Shown piece by piece: positions 38,581 to 47,053 of a stretch of 64,000 nucleotides of DNA (its first letter is position 1; each line of letters begins with the position of its first letter). The stretch is from Anaeromyxobacteraceae bacterium (GTDB taxonomy: Bacteria > Myxococcota > Myxococcia > Myxococcales > Anaeromyxobacteraceae). Made by a program: the position numbers and the translations under genes. The notes beneath the pieces were generated by a model, which saw only the letters and a program-made list of their open reading frames with translations, ran no database searches and had not been told where the DNA came from. The stretch lies in contig JASGHJ010000001.1 in the NCBI GenBank assembly GCA_047602405.1, forward strand, positions 768,001 to 832,000, written 5' to 3'.

Positions 38581-39822
38581 GTGACAAATCGTCTCTACCT
38601 CGCGGATCCCCGGCTCCTGTCCTTCGACGCGCACGTGGTCGCGGCCCGCACCCACGGGGAGCACCCCGCGCTCGTCCTCGACCGCTCGGCCTTCTACCCG
38701 GAGGGCGGCGGCCAGCCCGCCGACCGCGGGACGCTCCGCTTCGGGGACGCGGCCGTGCCCGTGCTCGACGTGCAGGAGGTCGAGGGCGAGGTGCTGCACG
38801 TGCTCGGCGGGCACGCGCCGGCGGGCGCCGAGGTGCGGGGCGAGGTGGACGCCGCGCGGCGCCGCGATCACGTCCAGCAGCACCACGGCCAGCACCTGCT
38901 CTCGGCGGCGTTCGAGGCGCACTTCACCTCTGCAGCGGCGGGGACGGCGGGCGGCCTCGGCCACACGCTCTCGTTCCACCTCGGCGAGGAGACCTGCACC
39001 ATCGACCTCGACGTGCCGATTGGCGCGCTCGGGCCCGCGGTGCTCCGCGCGGTCGAGGCGCGCGCGAACGACCTCGTGTGGCGGGACCTCCCGGTCGAGG
39101 CGCGCGACTTCGCGCCGGACGAGCTCGCGAGGCTGCCGCTCCGCAAAGAGCCGGCGAAGGGCTCGCGGGTCGTGGTCGTCGGCGAGGCGGGCGCGATTGC
39201 CGACGCGTCGCCCTGCGGCGGCACGCACCCGCGGCGCACCGGCGAGGTCGGCGCCATCGCGGTGCTGCGCGCGCAGAGGTGGTCGCAGGGCGCGCGGGTC
39301 GAGTTCGTGTGCGGCGGGCGCGCGGTCGCGGCGCTCGCCGCGGCGGGCGAGCGGCTCGGCGCGGCGGCCGCGGCGCTGAAGTGCGCGGCGGGCGAGGTGC
39401 CGGCGGCGGTGGCGCGCGCGGCGGAGGAGGCCTCCGCGCGGCGCAAGGACGTGGAGAAGCTGCTGCAGGCGCTCGCGGAGAAGGAGGCCCTGAGCCTCTC
39501 GGGGCCGGACGCGGTCGTGCAGGCCGCCGTCACCGCGCCGGTCGCCGGCGCGCCGGCGTGGCTGAGGGCGCTCGCCTTCGCGCTCGCGGCCCAGGGCAAG
39601 ACCGCGCTCCTCGGCGCCGTCGAGGACGGCCGCGCCCACCTCTGCTTCGCGCGGCCGAAGGGCCCCGGCCCTCACCTCGGCGAGGCGCTCAAGGCCGCGG
39701 TCGCGCTCCTCGGCGGCAAGGGCGGCGGGGCACCCGACTCCGCGCAGGGCTCCGGCCCCGCGGTGGGCATGCTGGAGGCCGCGCTCGGGGAGGCGGCGGC
39801 GAGGCTCGGCGCGATCACCTGA
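38581..39822 (+). CDS. AlaX-like tRNA editing protein with DHHA1 domain
   Basis: FYPEGGGQPAD, QHHGQHLLS, CGGTH, GGKGGG. Confidence 0.92.
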   Translation: MTNRLYLADPRLLSFDAHVVAARTHGEHPALVLDRSAFYPEGGGQPADRGTLRFGDAAVPVLDVQEVEGEVLHVLGGHAPAGAEVRGEVDAARRRDHVQQHHGQHLLSAAFEAHFTSAAAGTAGGLGHTLSFHLGEETCTIDLDVPIGALGPAVLRAVEARANDLVWRDLPVEARDFAPDELARLPLRKEPAKGSRVVVVGEAGAIADASPCGGTHPRRTGEVGAIAVLRAQRWSQGARVEFVCGGRAVAALAAAGERLGAAAAALKCAAGEVPAAVARAAEEASARRKDVEKLLQALAEKEALSLSGPDAVVQAAVTAPVAGAPAWLRALAFALAAQGKTALLGAVEDGRAHLCFARPKGPGPHLGEALKAAVALLGGKGGGAPDSAQGSGPAVGMLEAALGEAAARLGAIT

Positions 39823-40669
39823 ACCTGAGCGGGACCGCGGCGTCGCGGCGCCAGCCGCCGTCCACGTGCACGCGCCAGACGCGCTCCGCCCCCGCGTGCG
39901 CCTCGACCTCGCGGCCGGACCAGACGACCTCGGCGCGGCCCGACACCTCGAGCAGCCCGCCGCCGTCGAAGTCGAGGAACAGGAGCGCGGCCCGAGGTCG
40001 CACGAGCAGGTTGCCGAGGGTGTTGAAGTACCGGTTGCCCGGGTAGTCCGGCACCGTCAGCACGTCGCCCTCGATCCGCACGAAGCCGGCGGGCCCGGCC
40101 CGGTGGGAGACGTCCACGGCGGCGTCCCCGGCGCTCGTCGCCACGAAGAAGGTGTCCGACGAGGAGATGCGCGCCCGCTCCTCGACGCCCAGCCGGTCGA
40201 GGGCCCGCGCCGGGCCGGCGGTGCGCGGGGCGGGCTCCACCTCGCGGGGGTGGATGTACTTCGGGCAGTTCCCGAAGGCCTGCGCCACGGCGACGTCGAA
40301 GCCCGCGGGGTCCACGGCCGTCACCGCGCCGTTCACCCGGTTGCGGCGGCGGGTGGCGAGGTCGATCCCGAGCAGCGCGACGCCCGCGCCGGGTCCGAGC
40401 TCCGCCTGCGCGGGGTCGTCGCGATCGGGCGGCGCCCCGACGCGGAGGCGCCGCGGGTCCGGCACGCCCAGGAACCCCGGGGGTCCGGCGACCACGGTGG
40501 CAGCAGGCCCGCGGCCGGCGTCCACGCCGACCACCACGAACGGGAGCGCCTCGAGGAACCGCCGGTGCTGCTCGATCACCTCGCCGCGGATCCCGCCGCT
40601 GCCCGGGACCCGCACGCCCGCCCGCGCCTGCGCCGCGCGCTCCCCGGCGTGGAAGAGATCGTCGGTCAC
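39815..40669 (-). CDS. Pyridoxamine 5'-phosphate oxidase-family FMN-binding protein
   Basis: FHAGERAAQ, RRRNRVNG, GNCPKYI, DVSHRAG, PDYPGNRYFNTLGN. Confidence 0.9.
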   Translation of the reverse strand: MTDDLFHAGERAAQARAGVRVPGSGGIRGEVIEQHRRFLEALPFVVVGVDAGRGPAATVVAGPPGFLGVPDPRRLRVGAPPDRDDPAQAELGPGAGVALLGIDLATRRRNRVNGAVTAVDPAGFDVAVAQAFGNCPKYIHPREVEPAPRTAGPARALDRLGVEERARISSSDTFFVATSAGDAAVDVSHRAGPAGFVRIEGDVLTVPDYPGNRYFNTLGNLLVRPRAALLFLDFDGGGLLEVSGRAEVVWSGREVEAHAGAERVWRVHVDGGWRRDAAVPLRFR

Positions 40670-41290
40670 GGGGCGCCCTCGGGGATGGGCGTGTGCGGCA
40701 TGGCCGTCATGCCGGGGAGCGCCTCGACCCGCTCGATCCACGCGCGCACCGCCGGGAGCGGCGCGAGGTCCAGGCGGCCCTCGGGCGCGCGCGCGACGTA
40801 CGGGTAGAGCGAGAGGTCCGCGAGCGTGGGGTGGCTCGCCGCGAGCCAGGTGCGGCCGCCGAGCTCGCCCTCGAGGAACGCGAGCAGCCTGGCTCCGGCC
40901 TCGCGCGCCCGCCCCACGTCGACGCCCCGCCCCCAGAGCGTGCCGAGCCGGGCGAGCCCCGGGCCCTGGAAGAGCTCGCCCGCGGCGATCGAGAACCAGC
41001 GCTGCACGCGCGACGCCTCCACCGGATCCTCCGGCAGCCACGGCGAGCCGGGGGCGTACCGGCGCGCGAGGTAGACCAGGATCGCGTTCGAGTCGGCGAG
41101 CACGAGCGGGCCGTCCTCGAGCACCGGGACCTGCCCGAGCGGGTTGAGCGCGAGGAACGCCGCGGTCCGGCGGACCGCCTGGGGCGCGTCCACGAAGTCG
41201 TGGGCGAGGCCCAGGATTCGAGAGGAAGGCCGACACCCGGTGGGTGTGGCCGGAGGCGCGGGTGCCGTGCAGGACGAGGCGGCTCGACAT
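40666..41290 (-). CDS. Glutathione S-transferase (+1 frameshift near 41217)
   Basis: MSSRLVLHGTRASGHTHRV...FLS(I)LGL joins LNPLGQVPVL...DSNAILVYLA...TLADL. Confidence 0.9.
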
Positions 41291-41388
41291 GTCGTGGACT
41301 CCTCGGGGGTCGGGCAGAGGCTAGCCGGCGCGCCGCGCGGCCGCCTCGCCGCCGTGCGGAAGGGTGTCTTTCGAGCTACGGAAGGGTG

Positions 41389-42285
41389 ATGGACCGCCTC
41401 GACGAGCTGCTCGCGTTCGTGACCGTCATCGACTCCGGCAGCCTCGCGGCCGCCGGGCGGAGGCTCCGGCGCTCACCCCCGGCCATGACCCGCGCGCTCG
41501 CGGCCCTCGAGGTCCGCGTGGGCTCCCGGCTCGTCGAGCGCACGACCCGGCGGCTCCGCCCGACGCCGAGCGGCGAGGCGTTCGCCGGCCACGCCCGGGC
41601 GCTGCTCGCGGGCTACGCTGCGCTGCTCCGCGAGGGTGAGGGCGGCGCGCCGCGGGGGCTCCTGCGGGTGACCGCGCCCCTCGTCTTCGGGCAGCGCCAC
41701 GTGGCGCCGGTGCTGGGCGAGTTCCTGGCCGCGAACCCGGGCGTGCAGGGCGACCTCGTCCTCGACGACCGACCGCTCGACCTCGTGGGCGAGGGGTTCG
41801 ACGTGGCGGTGCGCATCGGGCGCCTCGCCGACTCGGGGCTCGTCGCGCGCCGGGTGGGCGCCGTGCGGCAGGTGATCGTCGCCTCCCCCGCCTACCTCGC
41901 GCGTCACCCCGCGCCGCGCACGCCGGCCGACCTCGCCCGCCACGACGTGGTGCTGTCGTCGCAGCGCCTCCCGGAGTGGCGCTTCGGGGGTGGGCCCCGG
42001 GGGCGGGTGGTCCGCCTCGCGCCGCGCCTGCTCGTGAACGGGGTGGAGGCCGGCCTCGTGGCGGTGCGGGCCGGGCACGCGATCGGCCGCGCGCTCTCGT
42101 ACCAGGTGGCCGACGACGTCGCGGCCGGCGCGCTCGTGCGCCTGCTCCAGGACTTCGAGCCGCCCGCGCTCCCGGTGCAGCTCGTGGTGCCGGGCGGGCG
42201 GAACGTGCCGCGGCGGGTGACGGCGTTCCGCGATCACGCCGCGCGCGCCCTGTCGCGGCTGGACGTGCTCCGGGCCGAGCGCTGA
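41389..42285 (+). CDS. LysR-family transcriptional regulator (CrgA-like)
   Basis: MDRLDELLAFV...GSLAAAGR...LVERTTR, GLLRVTAP, FDVAVRIG; divergent from the GST gene. Confidence 0.95.
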   Translation: MDRLDELLAFVTVIDSGSLAAAGRRLRRSPPAMTRALAALEVRVGSRLVERTTRRLRPTPSGEAFAGHARALLAGYAALLREGEGGAPRGLLRVTAPLVFGQRHVAPVLGEFLAANPGVQGDLVLDDRPLDLVGEGFDVAVRIGRLADSGLVARRVGAVRQVIVASPAYLARHPAPRTPADLARHDVVLSSQRLPEWRFGGGPRGRVVRLAPRLLVNGVEAGLVAVRAGHAIGRALSYQVADDVAAGALVRLLQDFEPPALPVQLVVPGGRNVPRRVTAFRDHAARALSRLDVLRAER

Positions 42286-42300
42286 GCGCGGCGCGGTCGC

Positions 42301-42768
42301 TCAGTCCCGGTCGTGCCCGTGTCCCTTGCCGCGGCCCTTCTTGTCGTGGCCGTAGGCGTGCCCGCGGCCCGGGCCGCGATCGTCGCGGGACTCGCGACGG
42401 CCCTCGCGCCACTCACCGCGCTCGGCGCGAACCGGCTCGGGGCGCCAGCGGCGGTAGTGGCCGGGCGGCGGGAGGCGCACGAGGCGCGCGGGCACCCGCG
42501 GGCCGGGCACGTACACGAACGCCATCCGCGGGCCCGGCGCGCGATACCAGTACGGGCCGCGGCGCAGCCAGTAGGCGCCTCCGACGAGGAACACCTCCTC
42601 CTCGTAGTCCGGGATCACCTGCACGCCCGGCGAGACGACGACGAACCCGGGCTGGACGGGGAGGCCGAGCGTGATCGAGACGCCGACCTGCGCGCGGGCG
42701 GGCTGCGGGAGCGCGACGGCGCCCGCGAGGGCGGCGGCGGCGAGGAGCGTTCTGGCGATGGGCTTCAT
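42301..42768 (-). CDS. Exported Pro/Trp/Tyr-rich protein with charged tail
   Basis: Signal peptide ending ARA; QVGVSITLG; tail GRGHAYGH. Confidence 0.75.
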   Translation of the reverse strand: MKPIARTLLAAAALAGAVALPQPARAQVGVSITLGLPVQPGFVVVSPGVQVIPDYEEEVFLVGGAYWLRRGPYWYRAPGPRMAFVYVPGPRVPARLVRLPPPGHYRRWRPEPVRAERGEWREGRRESRDDRGPGRGHAYGHDKKGRGKGHGHDRD

Positions 42769-42905
42769 GACCGTGGAGCCTCCTCGCGAAGGCGCGCCGA
42801 GGCAAGGCACGGACGGGCGAGCGCCCTTTCTGGCGCTGCGTGCGGGTGGCAGCGCGGAGCACCTTCGCCTCCTGTACGGATCGGTACGCGACCCCGGCCG
42901 GAGGC

Positions 42906-43265
42906 TCACCGGAGCGTGACGAGGATCGCGCCCCAGCCGCCCGCGTCCTCGCCCGCGGTGCGGAACGACGCGACGCGCGGGTCGCGCGCGAGCAGCGCCT
43001 CGACGCCGCGCCGGAGCGCGCCGGTGCCCTTGCCCGGCACGATGCGCAGCTCCTTCAGGCCCGCCTCCGCGCACGCGCCGAGCCACTCCGGCACGAGGTC
43101 GCCCACCTCCGACGGCGCGAAGGCGTGGAGATCCAGCGTGCCGTCGATGGGGAGCGGCACAGGTTCTGCGTCTCCGGGGGCGCTCGGCGCGCCCCCGCCC
43201 CGTGGAGCGGAGCTCCCCGGGGCCCCACCCCGAGCAGCACGGCCGAAGGGATCGTCCTCGTTCAC
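42906..43265 (-). CDS. Smr/MutS2 domain protein
   Basis: LDLHAF, IVPGKGTG, GGWGA. Confidence 0.88.
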   Translation of the reverse strand: MNEDDPFGRAARGGAPGSSAPRGGGAPSAPGDAEPVPLPIDGTLDLHAFAPSEVGDLVPEWLGACAEAGLKELRIVPGKGTGALRRGVEALLARDPRVASFRTAGEDAGGWGAILVTLR

Positions 43266-43288
43266 GGGCAGGATGATAGCCTCCCCGC

Positions 43289-44098
43289 ATGCTCGCCGCC
43301 CGCGCCGTCGCGCTCGCCGTCTCCGTCACCGTCGCCCTCCCCGCGGCCGCGACCGAGCCGGAGCTCTCGAAGGACCGGCGCGACCTCTGGATCACCGCCG
43401 GCGCCGGCGCGGTCGTGCTGGGCCTCGAGCTCGCGAAGGGCGCGATCGTGCCGGACACCTGCCGCTGGTGCGCGACGAACGGCCTCGACGACGGCGTGCG
43501 CCGCCGGCTGGTCTGGAGCGACCCGAAGGTCGCGCGGCTCACCTCCGACGGCCTCGCCGGCTTCGCGCTCCCCGCGGGCGCCGCCGCGTACCTCGTGCTC
43601 GCCGCGCGGGGCGGCCCGGGCTGGAAGGAGGGCGCGTGGGACACGGTCTACGTCGCCGAGGCGGCCGCCCTGTCGATGACGCTCAACCAGCTCGTCAAGC
43701 TCGCGGTGGTCCGCCAGCGCCCCTACGCTGCGCACGGAAACTGGGCCTACGCGGACCGGAAGACCACCGCCGACGACAACCTCTCCTTCTGGTCGAGCCA
43801 CACCGCGGTCAGCTTCGCGATCGCGACCTCCGCCGGGACCGTCGCGTCGATGCGCGGCCGCGAGGAGGCGCCGTGGGTCTGGGCGGTGGGCCTCACCGCC
43901 GCGACCGCCGCGGGCTACTTCCGGATCGCCGCCGACAAGCACTACCTGACCGACGTGCTCACCGGGGCCGTCGTGGGCAGCGCGTTCGGGCTCGCGGTGC
44001 CGAAGCTCTTGCACGGGAAGGTGGAGGGCCCGGGCCAGGGCGCGACCGGCGTCACGGTGGTGCCGGTGCCGTTCGGGATCGCGGGGACCTTCTACTAA
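43289..44098 (+). CDS. PAP2 family phosphatase
   Basis: KLAVVRQRP, SFWSSH, RIAADKHYLTD. Confidence 0.9.
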   Translation: MLAARAVALAVSVTVALPAAATEPELSKDRRDLWITAGAGAVVLGLELAKGAIVPDTCRWCATNGLDDGVRRRLVWSDPKVARLTSDGLAGFALPAGAAAYLVLAARGGPGWKEGAWDTVYVAEAAALSMTLNQLVKLAVVRQRPYAAHGNWAYADRKTTADDNLSFWSSHTAVSFAIATSAGTVASMRGREEAPWVWAVGLTAATAAGYFRIAADKHYLTDVLTGAVVGSAFGLAVPKLLHGKVEGPGQGATGVTVVPVPFGIAGTFY

Positions 44099-44122
44099 GG
44101 CTACCCAGGCCCCACCAGGCTG

Positions 44123-46429
44123 CTACGCCGCCTCGGCGAGCTTCGCGGCGAGCGTGGCGCGGAGCGCGCCGACCTCGAACGGCTTCTCGAGGCACACGAC
44201 CTTCGTCTCCTCGAGGAACTCGCGCGCGGCGGGCGTGAACGCCCCGCCGGTGAGGAAGACCATCCGGCGCACGTAGCCGGGGTCGCGCTTCTGCAGCTCG
44301 GCGTAGAGGTCCATGCCGGTCATCTCCGGCATGAGGAGGTCGGACAGCACGACGTCGAAGCGCTCGCCCTGCTCGACCTTGTCGAGCGCGGCGCGCGCGG
44401 AGGTGACGACCTGCACGTCGTGGTCGCCGCGCAGCGTGCGCGCGAGCACGGTGCCGACGAGCGCCTCGTCGTCCACCACGAGGATGCGGGCGCGCGGCAC
44501 GGCCTGCGGCGCGGGGGCCGGCTCGCGGCGGAGGCTGGCCGGAGCGGCGGCGCGGAGCACCACCCGGAAGGTCGAGCCTTCGCCGGGCGTCGAGCGCACC
44601 TGGATCTCGCCGCCGAGCGCGCTCACGATGGAGTGGCAGATCGAGAGCCCGAGGCCGGTGCCGACGCCCGGCGCCTTCGTCGTGAAGAAGGGGTCGAAGA
44701 TCCGGCCGGCGAGCTCGGCGGGGACGCCGCAGCCGGTGTCCGTCACGTCGACCGCGACGCGGCCGTCGGCGAGCACCTCGCCCGAGACGCGGATCGTGTT
44801 CGCGTCGGCGCGCCCCTCGGGCAGCGCCTGCGCGGCGTTCACGAGGAGGTTCAGGAACACCTGCCCGAGCCGGCCCTCGTTGCCGTGCACGGGCGGCAGC
44901 CCGGTGAGCTCCTTCACGAGCCTCGCGCGGTGCTTGATCTCGTTCCACGCCATGTTCACGGCGGAGTCGAGCACGCGGCAGAGGTCGACCGGGCCGGTGT
45001 GCTCGTCGTCGGGCCGCGAGAAGGTCTTGAGGTCGCGGATGATGACCCGCATGCGCTCGCAGCCGTCGCGGGCGTCGCGCACGGCCTCGGCGAGCTGGGC
45101 CGCGAGGTCGTGGTCGTCCGGGTCGGGCGGGCTCCCCATGAGCAGCGCGCCGGTGCGGGCGACGCGGTCGGCGAGGAACGCGAGGTTCGCGCTCACGTAC
45201 GCGAGCGGGTTGTTGAGCTCGTGGGCGACGCCCGCGGCGAGCGTGCCGACGGAGGCCATCCGGTCGGCGAGCGCGAGCCGGGCGCCCATCTGCTTGCGCT
45301 CGGTGACGTCGCGGAGCACGACGAGGTCGCGGCCGGGGCGGATCCCCGCGACGGCGGCGTACTCGGCGAGGCGGCGGCCGGAGGGCACGGCGAGCTCGAC
45401 CTCGCCGGAGGCGCGGCCCTGCGCGCGCCGCTCCGACCAGCGCTCCGGCCCGCGGGGCCCGAGGGCCGGCACCGCGTCGTCGAGCGGGCGCTCCACCAGC
45501 GCCTCGCGGCGCTTGCCGAGGAGCTCGCACGCGGCCGGGTTCACGTCGACCACGCGGCCGTCCCCGCCGACGACCAGCATCGCGTCGAGCGGGGCGTCGA
45601 AGATGGCGCGGAGCTGCAGCTCGCGCTCCGAGAGCGCCTCCTCGGCGCGGTACCGGGCGAGCGCCGCGGTGAGGACGCCGGCGATGGCCTCGAGGATGCG
45701 GACCTCGTCGTGGCCGAAGACGTGGGAATCCGTGGAGTACGCGCCCAGCACGCGCAGCGTGCGCTCGGACCCGGGCAGCGCGATCTCGTGGGCGTCGACG
45801 AAGCCGAAGGCCCCGGTGATGCCGCGATCGGCGGCGGGCTCCACCCTGCCGAGCGGCGGCGCCGCGACGCCGGCCGCGGCGCGGAGCGTCCAGGCCTCGC
45901 CGCGCACGTCGGTCACCGCGACGGCCTCGTAGCCGAGGAGGTCCACGGCGGCCTTGCACGCGCGCGCGAGCAGCCGGTCGAGGTCGTTGCCGCCGAGCGC
46001 CTCGTCGGTGAGGCGCGCGAGCGCCGCCTGCTCGGACGCGCGGCGGCGGAGCTCGGCGTCGGCCATGCGGCGGTGGGTGACGTCGCGGAAGACGCCCAGG
46101 CGGATCCGCCCGGGGCCGTCGCCCCAGGTGGACGCGTGGCGCTCGAGGATGCGGCCGTCGGTCAGCGTGAGGTCGATGACGGTGACGGCGTCGTTCTGGC
46201 CGATGGACACGTACTCGCCGAGCACGCGGCCCTGCAGGCCGGCGACGAGCGCGTCCTGCGCCGGGCGGCCCGGCCCGAGGGTGCGCATGCGCTCGCGCTC
46301 CTCCTCGGAGAAGTCGAAGAGCTCGAGCAGCCGGTCGTTCCAGGCGAGGAGGCGGCCGTCCGGCGACACGAGGACGAGGCCGTCCGGGGACGACGAGAGG
46401 AGGGCCGTGAGGAGCGAATCGCTCCCCAC
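44123..46429 (-). CDS. Hybrid kinase PAS-GAF-PAS-HisKA-HATPase-REC
   Basis: AHELNNPL, QVFLNLLVNA, FFTTK, GTGLGL, ILVVDDE...DLLMP; start approximate. Confidence 0.92.
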   Translation of the reverse strand: MGSDSLLTALLSSSPDGLVLVSPDGRLLAWNDRLLELFDFSEEERERMRTLGPGRPAQDALVAGLQGRVLGEYVSIGQNDAVTVIDLTLTDGRILERHASTWGDGPGRIRLGVFRDVTHRRMADAELRRRASEQAALARLTDEALGGNDLDRLLARACKAAVDLLGYEAVAVTDVRGEAWTLRAAAGVAAPPLGRVEPAADRGITGAFGFVDAHEIALPGSERTLRVLGAYSTDSHVFGHDEVRILEAIAGVLTAALARYRAEEALSERELQLRAIFDAPLDAMLVVGGDGRVVDVNPAACELLGKRREALVERPLDDAVPALGPRGPERWSERRAQGRASGEVELAVPSGRRLAEYAAVAGIRPGRDLVVLRDVTERKQMGARLALADRMASVGTLAAGVAHELNNPLAYVSANLAFLADRVARTGALLMGSPPDPDDHDLAAQLAEAVRDARDGCERMRVIIRDLKTFSRPDDEHTGPVDLCRVLDSAVNMAWNEIKHRARLVKELTGLPPVHGNEGRLGQVFLNLLVNAAQALPEGRADANTIRVSGEVLADGRVAVDVTDTGCGVPAELAGRIFDPFFTTKAPGVGTGLGLSICHSIVSALGGEIQVRSTPGEGSTFRVVLRAAAPASLRREPAPAPQAVPRARILVVDDEALVGTVLARTLRGDHDVQVVTSARAALDKVEQGERFDVVLSDLLMPEMTGMDLYAELQKRDPGYVRRMVFLTGGAFTPAAREFLEETKVVCLEKPFEVGALRATLAAKLAEAA

Positions 46430-46678
46430 CCCCTCATCCCCCTGTGCCCCCCCGGGCACGCGCCACCCTGACGTCACGTGTACCGGACGGTGCAGGAATC
46501 GGGCTCCCGTCCTCCGCGCATGGTACGGGCCGGACACGGTTCAACCTGGCGGATTGATTGAGGAGCACGATCAGGGTCGACCGTGGGTCGCGCCGGTGGC
46601 GGGGGACCCTGGGTCAGCGAGACCGGGATCATGTCCACCCACACACGCCGACATGCACCGCTGCGATCCGGCCGGTGG

Positions 46679-47035
46679 TCAACCGCGGAGGAGCTCGAGG
46701 ACCCGCTCCGGCGGCCGCGCGACGACGGCGCGATCACCGGCGACGAGCACGGGCCGGTCGACGATCCGCGGGTGCTTCGAGAGCGCCTCGAGCAGCTCCG
46801 GCTCCGGCGTGCGGGGCGTGAGCCGGAGCACCTGGTACTCGTCCTCGCCGGTGCGGCAGAGGCCGTGCGGCGGCACGCCGAGGCGCGACGCCAGCGCGGC
46901 GAGCTCGGCCGGCGTGGGCGGCTCCTCGAGGAGCCGGCGCAGCTCGGGCTCGTGGCCGCGCTCGCGCAGGAGCGCGAGCGCGGTGCGCGACGCGGGATCG
47001 CGGGCGTCGAACCAGAGGACGAGGGGGGCGGCCAT
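46679..47035 (-). CDS. ArsC/Spx-family protein lacking the catalytic Cys
   Basis: WFDARDPASR, PPTPAEL, HPRIVDRP, ARPPERVLELL. Confidence 0.85.
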   Translation of the reverse strand: MAAPLVLWFDARDPASRTALALLRERGHEPELRRLLEEPPTPAELAALASRLGVPPHGLCRTGEDEYQVLRLTPRTPEPELLEALSKHPRIVDRPVLVAGDRAVVARPPERVLELLRG

Positions 47036-47053
47036 GGGGAGCTGAGGCCGCGC

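Noticed and set aside
39815..41290. Apparent GST N-terminus/pyridoxamine oxidase fusion
   Set aside because: Caused by the frameshift at about 41217; these are two separate genes.
5056..41290. Pseudogene calls or programmed frameshifting for the frameshifted genes
   Set aside because: The genes are otherwise intact, no slippery heptamers are evident, and most indels share one motif, so sequencing error is more likely. Not proven without reads.
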